DNA from: a bacterium
Lineage (GTDB): Bacteria > Bacillota > Clostridia > Eubacteriales > Anaerofustaceae
Direction: 5' to 3'
Length of the DNA: 29,127 nucleotides
NCBI GenBank assembly: GCA_963619195.1
Contig: CAVEWD010000001.1
Coordinates: 1-29,127 of the forward strand
Of this stretch, positions 9,312 to 18,737 are shown piece after piece. The notes beneath the pieces are model-generated. The model saw only the letters and a program-made list of their open reading frames with translations, had not been told where the DNA came from and did not search any database. Every line of letters begins with the position of its first letter. Position 1 is the stretch's first letter. Position numbers and translations under genes: made by a program.

Positions 9312-9349
9312 TGCAAGTCCGTACAATAGGACATATATGCGGGTATAAT
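9312..9349 (+). promoter_or_regulatory. Promoter with GTCC-N8-GGAC inverted repeat placed just before TATAAT
   Basis: AGTCC-GTACAATA-GGACA-N10-TATAAT upstream of the SIMPL gene; a similar site lies at 17678-17715. Confidence 0.5.
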
Positions 9350-9392
9350 AAATAATAGGAAAGCAAATATTTTATTTTCAAGGAGGTTTATC

Positions 9393-10055
9393 ATGCGAAG
9401 AACAATAACAGTTAAAGGGATAGGAAAAGTATCTGCAACACCTGATTATGTTGTTATATCCATGGAATTAAAATCTCAAAACATGGATTATGAAAGCGCC
9501 ATGGATAAGGCTGCTCAAAACATTGAAAAGCTTAAGGCAGCTTTGGTAAAAATTGGCTTCGATGAAAAATCCATTAAAACAACACGCTTTAATGTGCGCA
9601 CAGATTATGAATACATACACAGAAGAAACGGCGAGGGCGAAAAAGTGTTTACGGGATATGTGGTGGAGCATAGCCTGAAGCTTGGATTTGACTTTGACCC
9701 AAAGATGTTTGCAGAATCATTATCAGCAATTAGCCTCTGCCTTGCTAATCCTCAACTGGGAATTTCCTTTACAGTTAAAGACCCAACAGCCATCAACGAA
9801 GAAATGCTACGTTCAGCAACAGCAAATGCTAAACATAAAGCCGAAATACTCTGTGAAGCCTCTGGCAAAGAGCTTGGCGAGCTGCTATCCATTAATTACA
9901 ACTGGGGAGAGCTGAACATTTATTCTGACACCCGTTATGATTTAGACGATAAATGCCTTGCACCTCAAATTGCGTCAAAATGTTCTAGCATAGATATCGA
10001 GCCTGATGATATTGACATTACCGACACTGCAACCTTTGTTTGGGAAATTAAATAG
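9393..10055 (+). CDS. SIMPL (DUF541) domain protein
   Basis: RTITVKGIGKVSATPD, IKTTRFNV, A..NAKHKAEILCEASG.ELG.L.SI; AAGGAGG RBS; no signal peptide. Confidence 0.88.
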   Translation: MRRTITVKGIGKVSATPDYVVISMELKSQNMDYESAMDKAAQNIEKLKAALVKIGFDEKSIKTTRFNVRTDYEYIHRRNGEGEKVFTGYVVEHSLKLGFDFDPKMFAESLSAISLCLANPQLGISFTVKDPTAINEEMLRSATANAKHKAEILCEASGKELGELLSINYNWGELNIYSDTRYDLDDKCLAPQIASKCSSIDIEPDDIDITDTATFVWEIK

Positions 10056-10132
10056 CAAAAATTATTGTTAAATTTTAACTGTTGTGCTAACATAATTTTT
10101 TGTTATTCCCAAAACTGGAGGAAGTAATTATA

Positions 10133-11824
10133 ATGGGAAAATTAAATAGAGTTTTATCCATAATACTGTGTCTTTTAATGATAACACCTGCATTTAGCGC
10201 AACGGTTTTAGCAGAAGAAAAAACATATAAACTGGGGGACACCGTCACTTACAACAACAATGAAGCAACCTTACCCACTCTAACAGAGGATTTGGAATGG
10301 TCAAACCCTCAAGTATCCAAGAGCACGCAACCAAGCTGTGGCAAGGAAGAGGGACATATTCACAGCAAGGAGAGTTGTGGATCCACACATGTTACTGATT
10401 ATGGTGAAATTGTCAGACGAGAATATAACTATGAAGAGGATATTTACTATAGATGCACAAAAGGTGGAACCACCCCAAATAACCCTGCTGACCATCCCAG
10501 ACACAATGATGGCTGCCTTGTTTTAACTACTGAGAGTGAATGGTACGGATTAGACGAAAGAGCAAGATATATTAAGAGAAACTACTACAGATATAACTGC
10601 GGGCAGGTGGAAGGGCATACCCACAGCAATGAATGTTATGAAAATCTATACACCTGGACAGCTGTTGCATCTAAAATTCGCGCAGCGCTTCATGTTAATT
10701 TAACCTTCAACGGAATGGAAAGCGGCAAGAGTGTTAGCAATGTTTCCGTTTCTGTGGGATATGCAGATGGAAGCACTAAAAAACTCACCAAAGAAGGAGC
10801 TTCTTTACAATATACAGGGATAAGAGAAAGCGCCTACATCTCTAACACCAACGATTCAGATACCGGTCGCATAAGTAAGATTATAGTCAATTACACCTAT
10901 GATGGAGTTAATCGAAACTATACAGTCGACTCATTCGAAGGACTTTTTGCAGCACATAACCTTTGCCAAGAGAAGGAAGGTTTGGATTTCGAAATAACAA
11001 TTCCAGCTCCACAATATTATTACCAGATAATAAAAGAGCTCTATTCCGGCAACAGCACCATAGCTGATACAACATTTGATGGCGAAATAACCTCTACAGA
11101 AAGCACATTTGTAAAACCAAATGAAGATGCTTCCATAACCTACAAAAATTCCACCTACACTTTGGAAACCACTTCTTCAGATGTTGACATTTCCTCATCA
11201 AAGGATGACGAAAATAAGGCGGTTGTTATCAAATTAGTTTACCGCCGCCAACCCAGCAGTGTGAATTATTCATGGAAGAAAGGCTCAGAAGTTCCCGAAG
11301 GAGCAGAACTTCCTCAAGAGGTAAGCTACTATGAAGGCGACTTGGTAAAAGTTGCTTCAGCACCAAAATCAATCGAAGGAACAAATACTGATGGCAAGAA
11401 AGGTACTTGGACCTTCTTAGGTTGGGACAAAAATGATTTCACCATGGGAAAAGAGAGCATCACCATAACAGGTGAGTGGAAATTTGAAGAAAAAACATAC
11501 ACAATTACCTACACCGATGGCGTAGCAGCAGAAATAGTTTTTGAAGATAAAGTTTATGAGGGGCTAACCTTTGGAGAAAATACGCCTATCTTCGAAGGAA
11601 TACCCACACGAAATGGCTACAAATTTAATGGCTGGAGCCCTGAAATTTCAGAAACAATAATTGATGATATAACCTATTCTGCCACATGGGTTGAAGTTTC
11701 CGAACAAGACAATGGAAGCAATTCCCCTAAAACTGGAGACAGTTTCCCCTTTGCCATGACAATTTTAATGTTTTCAAGCATTGCAATAGCTGTGGTAGTT
11801 TCAAAGATAAAAAAATACATCTAG
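10133..11824 (+). CDS. Cell-wall-anchored surface protein (Cys/His-rich N-terminus, SHIRT-like and InlB B-repeat-like domains, SPKTG sorting signal)
   Basis: Signal peptide MGKLNRVLSIILCLLMITPAFSATVLA; GTWTFLGWD...ITGEWKF; PTRNGYKFNGWS...YSATW; C-terminal SPKTGD + TM + KIKK. GGAGG RBS favours ATG 10133. Confidence 0.85.
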   Translation: MGKLNRVLSIILCLLMITPAFSATVLAEEKTYKLGDTVTYNNNEATLPTLTEDLEWSNPQVSKSTQPSCGKEEGHIHSKESCGSTHVTDYGEIVRREYNYEEDIYYRCTKGGTTPNNPADHPRHNDGCLVLTTESEWYGLDERARYIKRNYYRYNCGQVEGHTHSNECYENLYTWTAVASKIRAALHVNLTFNGMESGKSVSNVSVSVGYADGSTKKLTKEGASLQYTGIRESAYISNTNDSDTGRISKIIVNYTYDGVNRNYTVDSFEGLFAAHNLCQEKEGLDFEITIPAPQYYYQIIKELYSGNSTIADTTFDGEITSTESTFVKPNEDASITYKNSTYTLETTSSDVDISSSKDDENKAVVIKLVYRRQPSSVNYSWKKGSEVPEGAELPQEVSYYEGDLVKVASAPKSIEGTNTDGKKGTWTFLGWDKNDFTMGKESITITGEWKFEEKTYTITYTDGVAAEIVFEDKVYEGLTFGENTPIFEGIPTRNGYKFNGWSPEISETIIDDITYSATWVEVSEQDNGSNSPKTGDSFPFAMTILMFSSIAIAVVVSKIKKYI

Positions 11825-11851
11825 CTATTAACAAGCCTTAAAAACATTAAC

Positions 11852-11886
11852 TCTCCCTGCCTTAAAGTGGGGAGAATATTTTATTT
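11852..11886 (+). terminator. Probable intrinsic terminator
   Basis: TCTCCCTGC-CTTAAA-GTGGGGAGA followed by ATATTTTATTT. Confidence 0.6.
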
Positions 11887-12013
11887 CCCTTAAGAGCGAT
11901 TCAATCTTTTCTTATGTGCTCAATTAGCAATATTTAAAGATTAGATTGTTTCGTTTTATTGCTATTTTCAGGCTGTTATGTTAATATTTTCAACAAAATC
12001 CCAGGAGAAAAAA

Positions 12014-12880
12014 ATGAAAGCGGAAACAAAAGCCACAATTCAAATGCTTATATGCTCATTATTATGGAGCATATCGGCAATATTTATAAAGCAAATCGAT
12101 TGGAATCCTGTGGTTATTTCTGGAATAAGAAGCTTGTTTGCATCTATTACCATTTTTTTGTTTATGAAGGCGAAAAATTATTGTTTCGCAGTAAATTCAC
12201 GCTCAATAAAAATGGGGCTTTCACTTTGCGCTACATTTTTGCTTTTTGTAACAGCAAACAAACTTACCACGGCAGCGAATGCAATTGTGCTGCAATTTAC
12301 TTCCCCTGTCTTTATTCTTATTTTTTCGTCTGTTTTTTTAAAGCAAAAACTCTCCCATAAAGATGTAATTGCAGTTTTCTTCACATTTGTGGGAATAGCC
12401 CTGTTCTTTTTCGATGATATGTCAGGCGGACACCTAGCAGGCAATATCGTTGCAATAGGCTCTGGGGTGTGTCTAGCTTTAGCCTATATGTCCATTGGAG
12501 GAGGCAATGGAAACGAAAGAATGAGCGGCATCTTCCTTGGCAATTTTTTTACAGCCTTGGTGGGCATAGTAGCCCTTTTCATTACAAAGCCCGTTATTAT
12601 GCCTAAAGAAGTTTTATTCATTATAATTTTAGGTGTTTTCCAATTAGGAATTCCATACATTCTTTTGGTGTTCGCTTCAGAATATTGTCCGCCCTTAGCC
12701 TGTTCACTTTTAGGTGCATTAGAGCCACTTCTTAACCCCCTTTGGGTTTTTCTTCTTAATGGTGAGCACCCCGGCGCACTGGCCTTTGTGGGAGCTATTG
12801 TAGTGGTGGCTACAATAACCATTTGGTGTCTTACAAAGGATTCCGCTAAAAATTGCGACACCCCACCGCAAAAGGAGTAA
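12014..12880 (+). CDS. DMT/EamA-family transporter
   Basis: About 10 TM in two repeats; AANAIVLQFTSPVF, LEPLLNPLWVFL..GE.PG; AGGAGA RBS favours ATG 12014. Confidence 0.9.
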   Translation: MKAETKATIQMLICSLLWSISAIFIKQIDWNPVVISGIRSLFASITIFLFMKAKNYCFAVNSRSIKMGLSLCATFLLFVTANKLTTAANAIVLQFTSPVFILIFSSVFLKQKLSHKDVIAVFFTFVGIALFFFDDMSGGHLAGNIVAIGSGVCLALAYMSIGGGNGNERMSGIFLGNFFTALVGIVALFITKPVIMPKEVLFIIILGVFQLGIPYILLVFASEYCPPLACSLLGALEPLLNPLWVFLLNGEHPGALAFVGAIVVVATITIWCLTKDSAKNCDTPPQKE

Positions 12881-13049
12881 GACACCTTATTTCCGCTCAA
12901 TTAAAGCCAAATACTCAAACAATTAATTGAATTTTAATCTGAAATTGATTGGTTTGTATGTTAAAATATTTATAATGTTTTATTTTAATGCCACAACTGC
13001 CCGATTGAATTTTTCATGCTGATGGAAACAATCGAGAAGGAGGTTTTTT

Positions 13050-13634
13050 ATGGATGAACTTAACCTCATAATTGCCAATAATATAACAAATCTTCGAACC
13101 CAAATGGGCATAACGCAGCTGGAGCTGGCTTTAATGCTGGATTATTCCGACAAGCTTATTTCCAAGTGGGAGAGGGGTGAATCTGCACCAAATGCCTACA
13201 CACTAAAAAGGCTCAGTGAAATTTTCAATGTTACCATTGACTATCTTTTTGTCGACCACAGAAATGAACCAGAGGCTGCCCCTAACGAACCAAAAAAAGA
13301 GAAGGCTCAAATTAACACTGGAGTTATAACTGCCATAGCTGTTTTGGGAATATGGATTTTAGCTCTTCTTATTTTTGTAGTGTCTTGGATATTAAATCAG
13401 CCCATTGGAACAATTTTTATTTACGCAATTCCTGTTAGCCTCATAACCCTTTTGGTTTTAAATTCAGTTTGGAATAAAGGAAAGCACAACAGCATTATCA
13501 TTATTGCTCTTATAGCCAGCATTTTTCTTGACGTTTACGTGGGGCTTTTAAAATATAATCTTTGGCAAATTTTTTTGCTTCTGTTGCCAGCTGAATTAAT
13601 CGTGATTTTAAGTGGGAAAATAATACGACGTTAA
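13050..13634 (+). CDS. XRE-family HTH regulator with 4 C-terminal TM helices
   Basis: NITNLR...ITQLELA..LDYSDKLISKWERGESAP...LSEIFNVTIDYL, then hydrophobic helices; AAGGAGG RBS. Confidence 0.88.
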   Translation: MDELNLIIANNITNLRTQMGITQLELALMLDYSDKLISKWERGESAPNAYTLKRLSEIFNVTIDYLFVDHRNEPEAAPNEPKKEKAQINTGVITAIAVLGIWILALLIFVVSWILNQPIGTIFIYAIPVSLITLLVLNSVWNKGKHNSIIIIALIASIFLDVYVGLLKYNLWQIFLLLLPAELIVILSGKIIRR

Positions 13635-13661
13635 TTGCCTTATTTAATCCAAATAAAGCAT

Positions 13662-13706
13662 TCTACTAAAAGTAGAGTTGAAATATATCGACTCTACTTT
13701 TTTTAT
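13662..13706 (+). terminator. Terminator hairpin overlapping a palindromic operator-like site
   Basis: AAAAGTAGAGTTG-AAATATAT-CGACTCTACTTTT followed by a T-run; the left arm overlaps palindrome TCTACT-AAA-AGTAGA (13662-13676). Confidence 0.65.
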
Positions 13707-13829
13707 TTTTATTTTAGAATGTGCATCTAAAGAGTTTATTGCTTAGAAAATTAATTTATGTTATTATCCTTTCATCAAAAATATGAAATGACTTTAATTA
13801 AAAAATTATACAAAAGGAGAAGTAAAGTT

Positions 13830-14717
13830 ATGAATAATTATGTTTTGACCTGCTGCTCCACTGCCGATTTAGCAAGAGAACAGTTTGAGAAAAGAAACAT
13901 TCCCTTTGTGAGCTTCCATTTTATTATGGATGGGAAAGAATATGCCGACGATTTAGGCAAGAGCATGCCCTTTGATATGTTTTATAAAAAAATTTCAGAT
14001 GGGGCTACCCCCACCACATCCCAGGTAAATGTGGAACAGTTTTGTGAATTCTTTGAACCCTTCCTTAAAGAAGGAAAGGATATAATTCATGTAACTCTTT
14101 CTTCAGGCATTTCCGGCGTTTATAATTCAGCCTGCATTGCAGCTAAGGAGCTGGAGGAGAAATACCCCGGAAGAAAAATATATGTGGTTGATAGCCTCGG
14201 TGCCTCAGGCGGATATGGGCTTTTGATGGATATGGCAGCCGACAGGCGGGATGAAGGAATGGATATTGAAGCCCTTAGAGACTGGCTTGAGGAAAACAAG
14301 CTAAACATCCACCACTGGTTCTTTTCCACCGACCTCACCAGCTATTTCAGAGGCGGCAGAATTTCCAGAGTGAGCCATTTGTTTGGCACAGCCTTAAATA
14401 TTTGCCCGCTTTTGAATATGAACGATAAGGGAGAACTTATCCCCAGAGAAAAATACAGAGGTAAAAAGAAGGTTATAAAGGCAATTGCCCAGAAAATGAC
14501 CGAATTTGCTCAGGGCAGAGAAAATTACAGCGGCAAATGTTTCATGACAAATTCTGCCTGCTATGATGATGCCAGAGAGGTGGCTGATTTAGTAGAAAGC
14601 TATTTCCCGAAACTCAACGGCAAGGTGGTTATAAACAGCATTGGCACAGTCATTGGCTCCCACACAGGTCCAGGCACCGTGGCGCTGTTCTTTTATGGTG
14701 ATAAAAGGGTTGACTAA
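13830..14717 (+). CDS. degV: DegV-family fatty-acid-binding protein
   Basis: STADL, PTTSQVN, LSSGISG, VVDSLGAS.G.GL, GGRIS, IGTVIGSHTGPGTVALFF; AAGGAG RBS favours ATG 13830. Confidence 0.93.
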   Translation: MNNYVLTCCSTADLAREQFEKRNIPFVSFHFIMDGKEYADDLGKSMPFDMFYKKISDGATPTTSQVNVEQFCEFFEPFLKEGKDIIHVTLSSGISGVYNSACIAAKELEEKYPGRKIYVVDSLGASGGYGLLMDMAADRRDEGMDIEALRDWLEENKLNIHHWFFSTDLTSYFRGGRISRVSHLFGTALNICPLLNMNDKGELIPREKYRGKKKVIKAIAQKMTEFAQGRENYSGKCFMTNSACYDDAREVADLVESYFPKLNGKVVINSIGTVIGSHTGPGTVALFFYGDKRVD

Positions 14718-14748
14718 AATGCGCCTAGCATAAAATTAATGAAATTTT

Positions 14749-14780
14749 AAAACATCCCTCATGGAGCGGGATGTTTTTAT
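14749..14780 (+). terminator. Intrinsic terminator after degV
   Basis: AAAACATCCC-TCATGGAGC-GGGATGTTTTT. Confidence 0.75.
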
Positions 14781-14807
14781 TATAAAGGTATCAACTCAAC
14801 TTTATGT

Positions 14808-14837
14808 TTGCCAGATGCCATGCTACTATGCTATAAT
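14808..14837 (+). promoter_or_regulatory. sigmaA promoter for the aldo/keto reductase
   Basis: TTGCCA-N18-TATAAT with extended TG. Confidence 0.6.
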
Positions 14838-14906
14838 CAATAAAAATACGATTTCGGTTCAGCGATGTTAAGCGCTGCAGCTAAAATTTAAAAAGGGAGT
14901 GAAACA

Positions 14907-16097
14907 ATGATCAAGAATACCTTTAAAGAAAAACAGCTCTCTATGTTGGGCTTTGGCATGATGAGGCTGCCTGTGGGAAGTGATGGCTCCATTGATGAAG
15001 ATGAAACCGCTAAAATGGTGGATTATGCCATAAAAAACGGAGTAAACTACTTTGACACTGCATACCCCTATCACAATGGAATGTCAGAAATAGTAGCAGG
15101 AAAGCTGCTTTCAAAATATCCGCGGGAAAGCTTTAACTTGGCTTCAAAATATCCCGGGCATCAAATAGCCTCCACTTATGACCCTGCGGCTGTGTTTGAA
15201 GAACAGCTAAAAAAATGCCAAGTGGAATATTTTGATTTCTATTTGCTTCACAATGTATGCGAAAATTCTATGGATACCTATTTAAGCGACAAATGGAGAA
15301 TAATTGACTACTTTATTAAACAAAGAGATGAGGGCAGAATTAAGCATTTAGGCTTTTCATCCCACGCACTGCCGGAAACTCTGGAGGACTTTTTAAAAAA
15401 ATATTCATCTCAGCTTGAATTTTGTCAAATACAGCTTAATTACCTGGATTGGAGCTTGCAGGATGCAAAACAAAAGTGCGAAATTTTAGCTAAATATGGC
15501 ATTCCTGTGTGGGTTATGGAACCTCTCCACGGTGGAAAATTAGCAAATCTGCCGGAAGGTGCTAAAAACAAAATAAATGAAATTTCTCCAAAAGCCACCC
15601 CTGTTTCCCTTGCCTTCAGATGGCTTCAAGAAATTGAGGGAGTAACCATGGTTCTCAGTGGAATGTCGTCCCTTGAACAAATGGAGGACAACATTCTTAC
15701 CTTTGAAAAAAGAGAGCCTCTTAGCACGGATGAGAAGAATTTACTCTACAGCATAGCAGATGAGCTTAAAAAATCCGTGCCCTGCACCGGCTGTCGCTAT
15801 TGCTGCGATGGATGCCCACAGGAATTGGACATTCCAAAAATAATCAATGCCTATAACGATTTTTCCTTTGATAAAAGCTTCACTCCAAGGATGCTTATAG
15901 AAGCCATGGAAGAAGGTAAACGTCCTTCAGACTGCATTGCATGTGGGCAATGCACTGAAATTTGTCCTCAAAAGATTGATGTTCCTTCAGTGATGGAAAA
16001 ATTCGCTGAGGAATTAGCCAGCATGCCCACCTGGAAGGATGTTTCAAAACAAAGAGAAGAAACAGCAAAGGCTCTTGCCGAAACAAATAAACATTAA
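14907..16097 (+). CDS. Aldo/keto reductase with C-terminal 4Fe-4S dicluster
   Basis: LGFGMMRLP, YFDTAYPY, ASK, YLLHN, IKHLGFSSH, MEPL.GG.L; CTGCRYC...CP and CIACGQC...CP. Confidence 0.92.
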   Translation: MIKNTFKEKQLSMLGFGMMRLPVGSDGSIDEDETAKMVDYAIKNGVNYFDTAYPYHNGMSEIVAGKLLSKYPRESFNLASKYPGHQIASTYDPAAVFEEQLKKCQVEYFDFYLLHNVCENSMDTYLSDKWRIIDYFIKQRDEGRIKHLGFSSHALPETLEDFLKKYSSQLEFCQIQLNYLDWSLQDAKQKCEILAKYGIPVWVMEPLHGGKLANLPEGAKNKINEISPKATPVSLAFRWLQEIEGVTMVLSGMSSLEQMEDNILTFEKREPLSTDEKNLLYSIADELKKSVPCTGCRYCCDGCPQELDIPKIINAYNDFSFDKSFTPRMLIEAMEEGKRPSDCIACGQCTEICPQKIDVPSVMEKFAEELASMPTWKDVSKQREETAKALAETNKH

Positions 16098-16107
16098 CGA
16101 AAATCAT

Positions 16108-16141
16108 AAAGCTCGCCATTAACATTATAATGACGAGCTTT
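16108..16141. terminator. Hairpin between convergent genes (likely bidirectional terminator)
   Basis: AAAGCTCGCCATT...AATGACGAGCTTT between the AKR and brnQ stops. Confidence 0.65.
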
Positions 16142-16183
16142 GTTGTTTTATACCAATAAATTGCAGCTAAAAGCTTGAAGGGC

Positions 16184-17542
16184 TTATGCCAATTTTTTCT
16201 TTTTCTTTGCCATAAGCAAAAGTCCAACAACTAAACCAATTATTGATGGAATTATCCAGCCTAAACCTAGACTGAAAAAGGGTATATATGTCTTTGCGAC
16301 AGCCACAATTCCGTCAAGGTGTAAGGCTGTGCGGGCCCCCTGAGGAAGAGCTGCAATAAAATCGCAAATTGCCGCAACCAAGGTGAATACTGTCACAGAC
16401 ACAAAGACATTTCTATCATAATTAAAGAAGCGGCCCAAAAGGCTAAGCAGCATTAAGGTTATAGTTAGAGGGTAAAGCAGCATAAGCACCGGCACAGAAT
16501 AGCTAATGATAGTTGTTAAACCAAAATTTGCCACCAGAAGCGATGCAGCACTAAATACCACTGTCCAAGCCTTATATCCCATGGATTTAGGAAACATTAC
16601 TCGGAAAATTTCTGCGCAGCTGGTAACAAGGCCTATGGCTGTTTTAAGGCATGCTAGGGTTACAATTGCAGCTAAAATAAGCTGGCCTGCTTTACCAAAA
16701 TAGTATCCCGCAATATCCGCTAAGGCAATTCCGCCATTTGCGCTTATTTCAAACACCCCACGACTTTGAGCCCCCACCACAGTGGTGGCAAGATATATTA
16801 AAGCCATGAAAAGGCAAGCAAAAACTCCGGCACGAACTGTGTTGGCAGCAACAGCTGTATCATGCTTAATGCCAAGGTTTCGAATAACATCCACCACAAT
16901 GACACCAAAGGCCAAAGATGCCAAGGCGTCCATGGTGTTATACCCCTCCAGGAAGCCCACAGCTAAGGCACTGCCTTGAGTTGCATATGAAGAATCTGGT
17001 GTAATTTCGCCAACAGAGGCTATGGGGTTAACCAACGCTGTAATCACCAAAATCGCCAGGAAAACTAAAAACAACGGGTTAATTATTTTGCCAACCCATG
17101 TGAGAATTTTGTTGGGACGCAGTGAGAAAAACAAAACAATGGCAAAAAAAACAATGGAGAAAATAAGCAGTTCCGTTGTTCCATCACCTGAAAGCATCGG
17201 CTCCACGCCAATTGTAAAGCTTGTGGCTGCACAGCGAGGAATAGCAAAAAGCGGTCCAATCGTAAGATAAAGCGCACATGTGAAAAATATGCCATAACCA
17301 TGGCTCACTCGGCTGCTCAAGGCAAGACAGTTGTCAGAATGACTAATTCCAAAGGCTGCCACCCCCATTAACGGAAGCCCCACAGCAGTTACAATAAAGC
17401 CAAAGGCCGCCACCCAGGAATTCGAGCCGGCCATTTGTCCCATATGAACAGGGAAAATCAGGTTTCCGGCGCCAAAAAACATGCCAAAGAGCATGCTGGC
17501 CACCAAAATTATTTGCTTAAAACTAAGTTTTTCTTTCATCAT
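16184..17542 (-). CDS. brnQ: Branched-chain amino acid transport system II carrier
   Basis: SMLFGMFFGAGNLIFP, YLTIGPLFAIPR, GFLEGYNTMDALASLAFG, LACLKTAIGL, PVLMLLYP. Confidence 0.96.
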   Translation of the reverse strand: MMKEKLSFKQIILVASMLFGMFFGAGNLIFPVHMGQMAGSNSWVAAFGFIVTAVGLPLMGVAAFGISHSDNCLALSSRVSHGYGIFFTCALYLTIGPLFAIPRCAATSFTIGVEPMLSGDGTTELLIFSIVFFAIVLFFSLRPNKILTWVGKIINPLFLVFLAILVITALVNPIASVGEITPDSSYATQGSALAVGFLEGYNTMDALASLAFGVIVVDVIRNLGIKHDTAVAANTVRAGVFACLFMALIYLATTVVGAQSRGVFEISANGGIALADIAGYYFGKAGQLILAAIVTLACLKTAIGLVTSCAEIFRVMFPKSMGYKAWTVVFSAASLLVANFGLTTIISYSVPVLMLLYPLTITLMLLSLLGRFFNYDRNVFVSVTVFTLVAAICDFIAALPQGARTALHLDGIVAVAKTYIPFFSLGLGWIIPSIIGLVVGLLLMAKKKKKLA

Positions 17543-17677
17543 ACCACCTAAAATATCACAAGTTGTTTTGCAATTAAAAGCATTTTATTAATTTTACATT
17601 ATTTTATTAAGATATTCAAGGGTTAACTGTAATATTTAACTGATATATAAGATATATAAACTTTAACCAAATTTCTT

Positions 17678-17715
17678 TGCGAGTGAGTTTTTTGGGACAC
17701 CCTTTATGATAGAAT
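17678..17715 (+). promoter_or_regulatory. Promoter with GGACA-N10-TAGAAT motif
   Basis: Extended -10 TGATAGAAT 29 nt before ATG 17745; resembles the site at 9312-9349. Confidence 0.5.
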
Positions 17716-17744
17716 ATAGTAAACAAAATAATGAGGTTGCAACA

Positions 17745-18737
17745 ATGAAGTCTATATACAGCGCAATATGCAACAATATCGTTAAAAAGGAGCTTCCTGA
17801 TAACTTTAGAATTGATTCAGATGAAAATTCCGCAGCTTTTCGCTTTGCACCTGGAGCGCTGGATGGAATTTGTCTGCGCCACTCAAATCCTGAACCACTT
17901 AACGCTAAGGAAATATCTCTCATGGCAAAAGCCATTAAGGAAATAACTAAAAATAACTATGAAGAAGCGCATGCTGTCTTTTGTGCCCTTTGCCAAAAGA
18001 AAAGGGCACTTATAGTTGAAGATCCACTTCTAAAATACATAATTAGGCACGAAAGCTCAATTTCTGCTGAAAGTATTTATAACTGCGCAGTTTATTTAAT
18101 ATTTCACTCCTCCGAAATTGAGTGTGTCAAAATAGGTCTCATTCTTTTTGAAATACTATCCGAGCCCAACGAAGAAATAAAGAAGGCAATTTTACGACTT
18201 GCTTTATATGAAGAATTTACTCTCTTTGCCCTTTGGGCAATGCAAAACTGGAAATACTGCAATACAGAAACATTCACTTTAGCCCAAAAGCTTAAGGGAT
18301 GGGGCAAAATTCATGCGGTGCATAGCCTTGAGGTCACCAGCGATTGGATCAAACGCTGGATATTACTCTACGGAACACAAAATTATGTACTGAATTCCTA
18401 TTCTGCCCTCACCTGCTGGAAAAAATCAGAAGCAGACGGTGTTTTATTTGGGGAAATTTCGAAATGTGAATATGACGGAATCAGCACTATAATTGACGGT
18501 CTTTTGAATGAAGAAGCCTCCATTGGTATATCTGCTTTAGATAATAAAAAAGCAGTGCTTATGAAATTTTTAGAGAAATCCAAAACCTTTGATTTAACCC
18601 CTCAAAACTATGAGGTTTTAAGGAACCTAAAGGAATGGGCTGAAGATGCAGGAGAGGATTTCTCCTTTATTGCGGAAGAATGCGGCAAAATTATTAATTG
18701 TGAACCAATACAAGAAAGCAAAGGCGAATTAATATGA
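17745..18737 (+). CDS. Hypothetical, probably all-alpha (HEAT-like) protein
   Basis: Long ORF; GAGGT RBS before ATG 17745 (the track start 17706 overlaps the -10); ECVKIGL, EEFTLFA, GWGKIHAV; ATGA overlap with the next gene. Confidence 0.75.
   Translation: MKSIYSAICNNIVKKELPDNFRIDSDENSAAFRFAPGALDGICLRHSNPEPLNAKEISLMAKAIKEITKNNYEEAHAVFCALCQKKRALIVEDPLLKYIIRHESSISAESIYNCAVYLIFHSSEIECVKIGLILFEILSEPNEEIKKAILRLALYEEFTLFALWAMQNWKYCNTETFTLAQKLKGWGKIHAVHSLEVTSDWIKRWILLYGTQNYVLNSYSALTCWKKSEADGVLFGEISKCEYDGISTIIDGLLNEEASIGISALDNKKAVLMKFLEKSKTFDLTPQNYEVLRNLKEWAEDAGEDFSFIAEECGKIINCEPIQESKGELI

Noticed and set aside
9093..9392. LexA/SOS box upstream of the SNF2 gene
   Set aside because: No GAAC-N4-GTTC match found in the divergent intergenic region.
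14907..16097. AKR-ferredoxin fusion as a novelty
   Set aside because: This architecture is common in anaerobes and its motifs look canonical.
17543..17677. T-box or CodY control of brnQ; GATATATAA tandem duplication at 17642-17659
   Set aside because: No T-box consensus, leader terminator or convincing CodY box. The 9-bp duplication is low-complexity AT sequence.
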